Shown: in pieces, positions 10,656 through 18,798 of the stretch
Layout: each line of letters starts with the position of its first letter
How positions within the stretch are numbered: the first letter of the stretch is position 1
NCBI GenBank assembly: GCA_963737905.1
Contig: CAVTUQ010000025.1
Span: 256,001-320,000, forward strand
Origin: an uncultured delta proteobacterium
GTDB lineage: Bacteria > Desulfobacterota > Binatia > UBA9968
DNA length: 64,000 bases
Reading direction: 5' to 3'
Translations under genes and position numbers: made by a program
Notes under the pieces: model-generated
The model's database searches: none
What the model was told of the DNA's origin: nothing
Seen by the model: the letters and a program-made list of their open reading frames with translations, nothing else

Positions 10656-11477
10656 GTGAATCCAAAAGCTTTACGCGGGCCGTTTCTGGAAAACGAGCCG
10701 GTGGTTTTCTTGGACCGCAAAGACAGAGAATACCTGGCACGGCTCGATCGAAGCCGACCTATCGCCATCCGCGGCGGAAAAATTTTCATCGAAGATATCA
10801 TCGGTCATGAGGAAGGCAGTGTGGTCCGTTCCTCGGTGAACGAACCTTTCTTAGTTTTCCGCCCGAGTCTTTCACAGCTTATTCCCCATTTGCCGCGTAA
10901 CGCCCAGGTCATTTATCCCAAAGACCTTGGACCCATCTTGATTTGGGCCGATCTCTTTCCCGGGTCGCGCGTCGTGGAGGCGGGCGTGGGCGCCGGAGCG
11001 CTCAGCATGGCGCTGCTGCGCGCCATCGCCGGCGAAGGGCATCTTTACTCCTACGAGATTCGCCAAGACTTTGCCGCAATGGCAGAAAAAAACGTCGCAA
11101 AATATTTCGGCGCGGCACCGAACTGGACCCTGAAGATCGGGGACATATCGACGGAGTTGCACGAGAGTAACATAGATCGAATCATCTTGGATCTACCAGA
11201 GCCCTGGCAAGTGATCGAATCAGCCTGGAAGGCTCTCAGGCCGGGCGGTATTTTGCTCTGCTATCTGCCGACCGTGCTCCAAATAAAAAGCCTGGTTGAC
11301 GCGCTTCGAGACGACCAACGATTTGGTTGCATCGAAACAATGGAGACACTCATGCGCTTCTGGCACATCAAAGGGATGAGCGCCCGGCCTCAGCACCGCA
11401 TGGTGGCTCACACGGGGTTTCTTACTTGCGCTCGAAGACTGGCGGACGGCCAAAAGGACATTCCCCGAAGTCCCTGA
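10656..11477 (+). CDS. trmI: tRNA (adenine58-N1)-methyltransferase, GCD14/TrmI family
   Basis: PRNAQVIYPKD, EAGVGAGAL, LDLPEPW, RPQHRMVAHTGFL. Confidence 0.92.
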   Translation: MNPKALRGPFLENEPVVFLDRKDREYLARLDRSRPIAIRGGKIFIEDIIGHEEGSVVRSSVNEPFLVFRPSLSQLIPHLPRNAQVIYPKDLGPILIWADLFPGSRVVEAGVGAGALSMALLRAIAGEGHLYSYEIRQDFAAMAEKNVAKYFGAAPNWTLKIGDISTELHESNIDRIILDLPEPWQVIESAWKALRPGGILLCYLPTVLQIKSLVDALRDDQRFGCIETMETLMRFWHIKGMSARPQHRMVAHTGFLTCARRLADGQKDIPRSP

Positions 11478-11539
11478 GTCTTTGACGAATCTCGCCATTC
11501 AGGAAAATCTGGGGAATGTCCAGCAGACGAGCGCGTCGC

Positions 11540-12406
11540 TCACGGATAGCCCCTTTGCAACCACCACTCGGCAATTTCGATCCGCTTGGCGAACCACACT
11601 TTGGAAAAGCCCTTGGCGTATTTGATGAACTCATCGATAATCTTGGTCCGGAACGGAACACCGGATACAAAAGGGTGAAGATTGAAGGCAAAGTATTTCG
11701 GTGCCCCCTGTTCCCCTTCCCAGTAGAGATAGTCAAACTGGTCCTTCATGATCTGCAGTAGATCTCTCGGCGTTCTTCCCGTCCCATAGGTGGAGTAATC
11801 GTTACACCCGGGGACGTTATAGGGAACAACGACGACTTTTCGTCCCCGCGCTTCGAGTATATAAGGATTGTCACTGTTCAGAGGGTCCGCCCACCAAACA
11901 AAACCTGCTTCGGCTACCAGTTCCAGCGTGTTGGGTGTAGAAGCGTGGCCAGGGGAGAGGTACCCTGTGGGCTTTTGCCCCAGGACTTTTTCAAAGGCCG
12001 CTACCGTCTTTTGGATAGTTTCGCGCTCCTGCTCTTTGGTGTACATGAAGGAATATTCATGCTCATAGCTTTCGGACGAGAATTCATGGCCCCTGGCCTT
12101 GAATTCTCGGCATTCATCGGCGAATTGCTCCACTTTCAGTCCGTTCATCAGAAACGTCACCTTGAGGTTATGACGGTCAAAAAGATCTGTTATTCTCCAG
12201 ATTCCAACGCGGTCGCCGTATTCTCGCTCGGTGACCAATGCCATGTTCTGCTTAAAAACCGCTTTCGGCGGCGGCAGGGTGGCACCGCCGTGGCGCTGCA
12301 GCGATTCGTGGGTGGCAAAATTGTCCGGCCATACTTCCCACGGCACGATGAAGGTCACGCAGATTTTGGCTTTTTCCGGCCATTCTATCGGTTTTGGTCT
12401 GCCCAT
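11540..12406 (-). CDS. Polysaccharide deacetylase family (PuuE-like) amidohydrolase
   Basis: EYGDRVGIWRI, GYLSPG, DQFDYLYWEG, LHPFVSGVPFR. Confidence 0.8.
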   Translation of the reverse strand: MGRPKPIEWPEKAKICVTFIVPWEVWPDNFATHESLQRHGGATLPPPKAVFKQNMALVTEREYGDRVGIWRITDLFDRHNLKVTFLMNGLKVEQFADECREFKARGHEFSSESYEHEYSFMYTKEQERETIQKTVAAFEKVLGQKPTGYLSPGHASTPNTLELVAEAGFVWWADPLNSDNPYILEARGRKVVVVPYNVPGCNDYSTYGTGRTPRDLLQIMKDQFDYLYWEGEQGAPKYFAFNLHPFVSGVPFRTKIIDEFIKYAKGFSKVWFAKRIEIAEWWLQRGYP

Positions 12407-12621
12407 GATTTCCTCGCTTTGCAATATTTTTAGTTTGACGTGGTTGCTCTCTCAGAGTTCACAAAAAATCGGTTGACGCGAATTTTACTCTCGGTCTGAA
12501 CGAACCAAAGATATATTGTACGCGGCTTGGATCGTCAAGTGGAGGAGCACGACCGCACCAATTTTCTCAGGGAGCAATGAGCTTGACATCCCTGATGTGG
12601 CTATCTAAAGATTGAGCGCCG

Positions 12622-13410
12622 ATGGTTTCATTCATTCAAGCCCGTAACGTCAGTCTTTCGTTCAGGCCCAAAAACCGCGAACCGGTAACCGCGCTCAAGA
12701 ACTTCACGATCGAAGTTTCCAAAGGCGAGTTCGTCAGCATCGTCGGACCATCAGGCTGCGGCAAGAGCACTTTTCTGAACATCGTCTTAGGTCTCATTAA
12801 ACCTGACACCGGGGAGATACGGCTGAATGACACCCCAGTCACAGGACCGGGCCAAGAGCGGGCCATGGTGTTCCAAGAGTTCGGCCTGTTGCCTTGGAGA
12901 ACGGTGGCGGCTAATGTCGAATTAGGGCTCGAACTCAAAGGCGTTCCCGCCGCGCAAAGAGCTGATCGCGCCACGGAGTTGATAAAACTTGTGGGACTGG
13001 CGGGCTTTGAACGACACTATCCCCACGAGCTATCGGGAGGTATGAAACAGCGTGTGGGACTCGCTCGTGCCTTGGCGACAGAACCTGAGGTGTTGCTGAT
13101 GGATGAGCCATTCGCCGCGCTGGATGCGCAGACACGGGACCTAATGCAGGCGGAACTGCTGCAGATCTGGGAGCGGACCCAAAAGACCGTCCTCTTTGTA
13201 ACCCACAGTATCGAGGAGGCGGCTTACCTTTCCGACCGCGTGATCGTTATGACCGCAAGGCCGGGCCGGACCAAGAGTGTCTTGAAAATCGACCTGCCTC
13301 GGCCAAGGGACTATGAAATGAGACTGTGCGCGGAGTTCAACGATATCAAGGCCGATATCTGGAGCACGCTCAAGGACGAGCTGATCAGGAGGAGCGGCGA
13401 TGGGGCTTAA
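12622..13410 (+). CDS. ABC transporter ATP-binding protein (SsuB/TauB/NitT type)
   Basis: GPSGCGKST, LSGGMKQR, LLMDEPF, FVTHSIEEA. Confidence 0.95.
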   Translation: MVSFIQARNVSLSFRPKNREPVTALKNFTIEVSKGEFVSIVGPSGCGKSTFLNIVLGLIKPDTGEIRLNDTPVTGPGQERAMVFQEFGLLPWRTVAANVELGLELKGVPAAQRADRATELIKLVGLAGFERHYPHELSGGMKQRVGLARALATEPEVLLMDEPFAALDAQTRDLMQAELLQIWERTQKTVLFVTHSIEEAAYLSDRVIVMTARPGRTKSVLKIDLPRPRDYEMRLCAEFNDIKADIWSTLKDELIRRSGDGA

Positions 13411-14188
13411 AGGGATCTATCAAGAATATTATAGGCTGATTCTGGGATCGGCTTCCGTTTTGAGTTTTATCTTGGTTTGGGAGATTGTGTTAACCTTCCT
13501 GATTCCACTAAATCCATTTTTCTTCACCAAACCTTCCTTGATTGCGGTTGCATTCAAGGAGCAAGTCATCTATGGCGCCCTCTGGGGCGATCTGGCAGTC
13601 AGCAGCAGGGCTTTTTTGTGGGGCTTTGGCTTCGCCGTTCTACTGGGCATACCCTTAGGGGCGTTTATGGGTTGGCGACGGAGGGCCGGTTACACGCTCG
13701 ATCCCTTTTTCACCGCGCTCTACGCAAGCCCCCTCGTTGCCCTCGCCCCTCTCCTTATTGTCGTCTTCGGCGTAGGACTTTTGGCCAAATCAGTTTTGGT
13801 CTTTGCGCTCTCTGTTTTTCCCTTCATATTCAACACCTTTGCCGGCGTGCGCTCAACCGATCCGCTGCTTATCAACGTGGTCAGATCATTTGGCGGCGGA
13901 GAAAAAGATCTTTACTTTAAGGTCATCTTCCCGGCTACGCTTCCCTACATCATCGCCGGCGCCAGAATCGCGCTCGGCAGAGGACTGGTTGGGATCATTG
14001 TCGGAGAATTCTACGCGGCTTCCGAGGGAATCGGCTTCGCCATTTCCCGCTTTGGTGATACCTACCGGCTGCCCGAAATGTTCGCGGGGATATTCGTGTT
14101 GATGATCGCAGCCGTGGTTCTGACCGAAGGCATGAGGAAACTCGAAGCCGTGCTGGCCCCCTGGAGGACGAGACAGGAGACGCGATGA
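13400..14188 (+). CDS. ABC transporter permease (SsuC/TauC type)
   Basis: Six TM segments and an EAA-like loop (VVRSFGG...VIFPATLPYI). Confidence 0.9.
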   Translation: MGLKGIYQEYYRLILGSASVLSFILVWEIVLTFLIPLNPFFFTKPSLIAVAFKEQVIYGALWGDLAVSSRAFLWGFGFAVLLGIPLGAFMGWRRRAGYTLDPFFTALYASPLVALAPLLIVVFGVGLLAKSVLVFALSVFPFIFNTFAGVRSTDPLLINVVRSFGGGEKDLYFKVIFPATLPYIIAGARIALGRGLVGIIVGEFYAASEGIGFAISRFGDTYRLPEMFAGIFVLMIAAVVLTEGMRKLEAVLAPWRTRQETR

Positions 14189-14985
14189 ACCGTCTGGCGA
14201 GCTTCTATTCCGAAAAAGAGGCCCACATCCTGGGCGCAGGGTTCATTCTGCTTTTGATCGTCCTATGGGAATTGATCCCCCATCTGTTAACGCTATCGAA
14301 GGGAATGTCTCTCTTCTTTACCACGCCCTTGAGGGTCATCGAGGCGGGCTACCAGTTAATCGTCGAGAACAAAATCCAGGAACACTTATATGTGAGCTCC
14401 ATTGAGTTCCTTCTCGGGCTGGGACTGGCCATCGCCGTGGGGTTACCGGTGGGACTGATCACAGGTAGATCCCGCGTCCTGGATGCCATGGTCGATCCTT
14501 TCGTGACCGTCTTCAACGCCACCCCCAGGATCATCTTCCTGCCTCTTTTCATCCTCTGGTTCGGGATCGGGATGTGGTCGAAGATCATGATTGTCTTCGT
14601 CGGCGCCGTATTCCCGCTCCTCATCAATACCTATGAGGGCGTGAAGAATGTCGATCGAGTTCTGGTCAACGTCGTAAGATCGTTCGGAGCCAACGAGTGG
14701 CAGACGATGAAGATAGTAGTTCTGCCCAATTCGGTTCCGTATATTGTCGCCGGACTCCGCCTCGCGATTGGTCGGGCGGTCCTCGGCGTGGTCGTTGGCG
14801 AATTTTTTGGGGCCAGCAAAGGTCTCGGCTTCATGATTGCCACGGCCGCCACAAACTACAAAGTGGATGTGGTGTTCGTCGGAGTAGCGATATTTATGGG
14901 ACTCTCTCTGATCCTGACCATGGCAGTAAAAAAAATTGAATCCAACCTCGCCCGCTGGCGACCCGAGCAAGCAAAGACCTTCTAG
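14185..14985 (+). CDS. ABC transporter permease (SsuC/TauC type), second paralog
   Basis: TM segments, VVRSFGA...VVLPNSVPYI. ATGA overlap with the previous gene. Confidence 0.9.
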   Translation: MNRLASFYSEKEAHILGAGFILLLIVLWELIPHLLTLSKGMSLFFTTPLRVIEAGYQLIVENKIQEHLYVSSIEFLLGLGLAIAVGLPVGLITGRSRVLDAMVDPFVTVFNATPRIIFLPLFILWFGIGMWSKIMIVFVGAVFPLLINTYEGVKNVDRVLVNVVRSFGANEWQTMKIVVLPNSVPYIVAGLRLAIGRAVLGVVVGEFFGASKGLGFMIATAATNYKVDVVFVGVAIFMGLSLILTMAVKKIESNLARWRPEQAKTF

Positions 14986-15039
14986 GATGGTAGACTCAGG
15001 AGGCACACGTTCTTCCTGGTGCTCTTCCCCTTCTACTTC

Positions 15040-16059
15040 TTACTTCGTCACCTTCCTTCCCATCTCCTTGAGCGCTTCATTCAAGAGGTCGCGGGCGACG
15101 AATTGCTCTATGTCCGGCAACGGCTTGCCCGCTGGCCAGCCCAGTTCTGGTGTAGTCCTCGACTGAAATAGATCCATTAGCAAGTCATGGGGGATTTCCG
15201 GTCCAAACGCATTCGAGACTTGCTTGTATATCCCTTCCGCCAAAGCGGCATCTTGGATTTCAAAATACTTTTGAATCACCTCGAGGGTGCCCTGCTTGTT
15301 GTTCTTGACATAATCGTTGGCTTTGGCCATCGCCCGGATAAACCTCTTCGTCACATCGCGCTTCTCTTTGATAACGTCCCGGTGGGTGATGAACGTGCCT
15401 CCGAGCCTCGGGATGTAATCTCCTGTTTTCACCAGGATCTTCATTCCGGCCTTTTCCGCTCTTGCAGCATGGGGAAACGATAAGATCGCAGCCTGAATGG
15501 ATTTGTTGATAAGTGCGGCTACCCTGTCCGTTTCCGCATTAAAGGTGATGACCTTGTAGTCCTTACCCGGCTCCATCTTGAAGAATTTTCCGAGCACGAC
15601 TACCGCCTCGGTATAAGCAGCCGCTCCCGGCCTCTCAAGACCAACGGTTTTTCCTTTCAGATCCTCCACCTGTTTTATTTCCGGCGTAGTAGTGATCGTC
15701 CACTGGGAGATCAGAGACTCGCCCACGATAAAGGCCAGCGGCGCCCCCTTGAGCATCGCCTCAGCACCTCCACCCGGGATCGGAACAAACTCTATCTCTT
15801 TGGCGATCGCCGCTCTAACCAAGACGCTCGCGGTCGTCGTAATGAATTCGGCATCTAGGCCCTCTCCTTTGAAAAATCCCTTGTCCATCGCCACGTAAGA
15901 GGGAATATGAAATCCGCTTCCGCCGATCGTCCTTCCCACCTTGACCTTGGTTAACTGAGCGGCAACCGGCTGAGTCCCTGACAAAATAATCATAGCCATG
16001 GCGGCTGTGGCCATTCCCTTTACCCAGTTTGATATCAGACCGATACGAAAGGTTGGCAT
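15040..16059 (-). CDS. ABC substrate-binding protein (NMT1/THI5/SsuA-like)
   Basis: Signal peptide, YVAMDKGFFKGEGLD, VEDLKGKTVG. Convergent with the permeases. Confidence 0.88.
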   Translation of the reverse strand: MPTFRIGLISNWVKGMATAAMAMIILSGTQPVAAQLTKVKVGRTIGGSGFHIPSYVAMDKGFFKGEGLDAEFITTTASVLVRAAIAKEIEFVPIPGGGAEAMLKGAPLAFIVGESLISQWTITTTPEIKQVEDLKGKTVGLERPGAAAYTEAVVVLGKFFKMEPGKDYKVITFNAETDRVAALINKSIQAAILSFPHAARAEKAGMKILVKTGDYIPRLGGTFITHRDVIKEKRDVTKRFIRAMAKANDYVKNNKQGTLEVIQKYFEIQDAALAEGIYKQVSNAFGPEIPHDLLMDLFQSRTTPELGWPAGKPLPDIEQFVARDLLNEALKEMGRKVTK

Positions 16060-16217
16060 CGATTTCCTCCTTTGCCCGATCCCGCGGCACGCGTCGTTGC
16101 CGAGTTAAAAGCTACTTATCCCTTCAAGTAAACAAAGACAAGATCTTTTCGGTCAATTGACATCTGTCTATCGGATGACTTAATTTAAGCGGCGATTGGA
16201 CTAGGGGGCCAGCTAAC

Positions 16218-17165
16218 ATGAACATTTTAATTACCGGGGCGGGACTCATCGGCTCAAACTGCGCACGGCACGCCATCGATGCCGGCAATAAAGTCGTTCT
16301 CTTCGATGTTTCACCCAACCACGATTATCTCCAGAAAGTCGTCGGCAAGGACCGTGCTGATGTGGTCGCTGCGGACATGCGGGATTTGCCGGCGCTCATC
16401 AGCGCCATGGAGCGCTACAACGTTGACACCGTGGTGCATACGGCGGGCCTGATCGGTTCCCGGGTGGCGCAAAATTCCTACACCGGCGCAACGAATAATA
16501 TTTTGGGCACAATCAATGTCTTGGAGGCCAGCCGGCTGCGCCGTCTGAGACGTGTCGTCTATGTGAGTACCTTTGGCGTCTACGACCGCGGAAAAATCAA
16601 TGACAGTGCCATTCGTGAAACCCACCCCATCGGCGGGCACAACCTCTACACCGTTACCAAGATTTGCTCAGAACATCTGGTCCGTTCTTATGCGGAGCAA
16701 TACAAGCTCGACACGATCATTATCCGGCCCAGCGGAGTCTTCGGTCGGGGACACTACGTCGGGGGCTCAACGGTCGGCAAGGTCATGCGCGACCTTGCCC
16801 TGAACACGATCAAAGGGGAGCCGTTTACGATTGACGCCAAAACCTACGGTCCAAACGAATATGTGTACGGTAAAGACGTAGGTCTCGCCCTCTTCCTAGC
16901 TTGCCAGGCGCAAAATCCCAAGCAGAGAATTTACAACGCTGGCAGCGGTGTGGTCACCGCCCCTGAGGCGCTGGCACAAACTGTTCGAGAATTGGCGCCG
17001 CAGACGGAAGTCAAGCTAACGGGTGCAAGCGGCGCTCCAAGCGACAAAAGCGCCCCACTCGATCTCAGTATATCCAAAGCAGAGCTCGGCTACACACCGC
17101 GGTTTCCGCTGAAAGAGGCCCTGCGGAATTACATGGAAGAGTTGTGGGAAGAACAGAGGAGCTAG
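16218..17165 (+). CDS. NAD-dependent epimerase/dehydratase
   Basis: ITGAGLIG, VHTAG, YTVTK. Confidence 0.85.
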   Translation: MNILITGAGLIGSNCARHAIDAGNKVVLFDVSPNHDYLQKVVGKDRADVVAADMRDLPALISAMERYNVDTVVHTAGLIGSRVAQNSYTGATNNILGTINVLEASRLRRLRRVVYVSTFGVYDRGKINDSAIRETHPIGGHNLYTVTKICSEHLVRSYAEQYKLDTIIIRPSGVFGRGHYVGGSTVGKVMRDLALNTIKGEPFTIDAKTYGPNEYVYGKDVGLALFLACQAQNPKQRIYNAGSGVVTAPEALAQTVRELAPQTEVKLTGASGAPSDKSAPLDLSISKAELGYTPRFPLKEALRNYMEELWEEQRS

Positions 17166-17169
17166 GCTT

Positions 17170-17880
17170 TCAATCCGCCAACCGAAACCGAATCATATAA
17201 TACAGCGCCGCCATACCGTCCTTCCAAGTGATCTTCTTGCCTTCCTCGTAGGTGCGGCCGTGATAGGAAATCGGCACTTCGTAAAAGCGGCAGCCTCTTT
17301 TCGCCAATTTCACGGTGATCTCCGGCTCGAAGCCGAAGCGTTTTGACTTAAGATCGATGCCTTTTAAAACTTCAGCGCGGAAGACTTTGTAGCCCACTTC
17401 CATGTCAGAGAGGTTGAGATTGGTGAGCATATTGGAGAGCAGGGTCAGCATTCGATTGCCCATCGAGTGCCAAAAAAAATGGACACGGTGGGCTCCGCCG
17501 CCGGCAAAACGCGTCCCGTAAACGACATCCGCCTGTCCCGCCTGGATCGGCGCGAGCAAGCTCGGATAATCCTTTGGGTCGTATTCCAAGTCGGCATCCT
17601 GAACGATCACGATATCTCCGGTGACATGGCTGAGCGCGGTCTTGAGCGCCGCTCCCTTACCCTGATTCACCGGCTGAAAAAAAACTCTGATCTGATTCAG
17701 CGGATCCTGAGCGCGAGCTTTTTCTTCCTGTAATCGAGTAAGAATTGTCCGGCTTTGGTCCCCGGAGCCGTCGTCGACCAGAATTATTTCCTTGGGAATC
17801 TGGAAGTCGCACACGCGGCGCACGACCTCCTCCAGGGTGCGCTCCTCGTTGAAAACCGGGACCAGAACCGAGAGCTTCAC
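17170..17880 (-). CDS. Glycosyltransferase family 2 (DPM-synthase-like)
   Basis: VPVFNEE, VDDGS, NQGKGAAL, QDADLEYDP, GRTYEEGKKI. Confidence 0.92.
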   Translation of the reverse strand: MKLSVLVPVFNEERTLEEVVRRVCDFQIPKEIILVDDGSGDQSRTILTRLQEEKARAQDPLNQIRVFFQPVNQGKGAALKTALSHVTGDIVIVQDADLEYDPKDYPSLLAPIQAGQADVVYGTRFAGGGAHRVHFFWHSMGNRMLTLLSNMLTNLNLSDMEVGYKVFRAEVLKGIDLKSKRFGFEPEITVKLAKRGCRFYEVPISYHGRTYEEGKKITWKDGMAALYYMIRFRLAD

Positions 17881-18665
17881 TGCTCGAATTCGCGTTTCTT
17901 GAGTTCGCGTATGAAGGCGGAGAGTTTGGGGTCGGCGTTGACGGCTTCGTTGATCTTCGCCTGGAAATCAGCTGCCGCTCTCTCCAGCGGACTGGTATCG
18001 ACTCGGAGGCTCAGCCACTGTGTGAGCCGGAGCAACAGCGCCAACGTTCCTCTCGGATTAGGTGAAACCGCAAGATAGTGGGGCAGGGACGCCCACAAAC
18101 TGGCGTGGGGAACTGCAGCTTTGCGGGAAGCGTCCGCCAGCACGCCGATAATGCCCGTAGGTCCTTGATACCTGGAAGGCATTAAATCTAATTGTTCCAT
18201 CAATTTCGAATCCGTCGAGAAACCTGTCAAAGGCACAGGGCGCGTGTAGAGCACCTCGTCAAGGTAGGCACCCAATGTGACGATCATCTCGACGTGACAT
18301 TCACTGACGAATCGGAGCATTGTTTCAGTGAAAGTTCGCCAGCGCAGCTGCGGCTCGGCGCCGATACCAAGGACAAAATCCTTTTCGACGCCCATCCCCG
18401 AACCGTAATAAAAATCATAGGAGGGCCAGTGGATTTCGCGGAGCTTGCTTTCCGTCAATCGGACGACGGGCCGTTGCACGGAAAAGTCATAGAAATCTTC
18501 CGGGTCGATGCTGGCAAATTTCTTGGCCAGCAGCTGATCCACCAGATAGCGGACCGCCGTGGTGGCGGATGCGCCGGCATCGCTCCAGCCGGAAAAGGCG
18601 AGGAGCAGCACCGGGCTTCGGAGCGATGGACGGCTTTCAAAGGTAAGCGGCTCGCTGGTTACCAT
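17877..18665 (-). CDS. PAC2-family (proteasome assembly chaperone-like) protein
   Basis: FSGWSDAG, EDFYDF..RP, EPQLRW, YQGPTGIIG, WASLPHY...PNP. Confidence 0.85.
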   Translation of the reverse strand: MVTSEPLTFESRPSLRSPVLLLAFSGWSDAGASATTAVRYLVDQLLAKKFASIDPEDFYDFSVQRPVVRLTESKLREIHWPSYDFYYGSGMGVEKDFVLGIGAEPQLRWRTFTETMLRFVSECHVEMIVTLGAYLDEVLYTRPVPLTGFSTDSKLMEQLDLMPSRYQGPTGIIGVLADASRKAAVPHASLWASLPHYLAVSPNPRGTLALLLRLTQWLSLRVDTSPLERAAADFQAKINEAVNADPKLSAFIRELKKREFEQ

Positions 18666-18798
18666 GCAACCAATCTATCACAACTTCACCCGCTCGCTCC
18701 AGCGCTTTTATCAGAGCGACCCGAGGTGTCGGGGCAGAGGGTTACGTTGCGCCTTGTATAACTTCCGGGGCCGGTTTGCTATATTTGACTCTGCCTTT

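Noticed and set aside
18666-18798. SOS/LexA box upstream of polB
   Set aside because: GGTTAC...ATAACT is only a loose inverted repeat and matches no LexA box I know.
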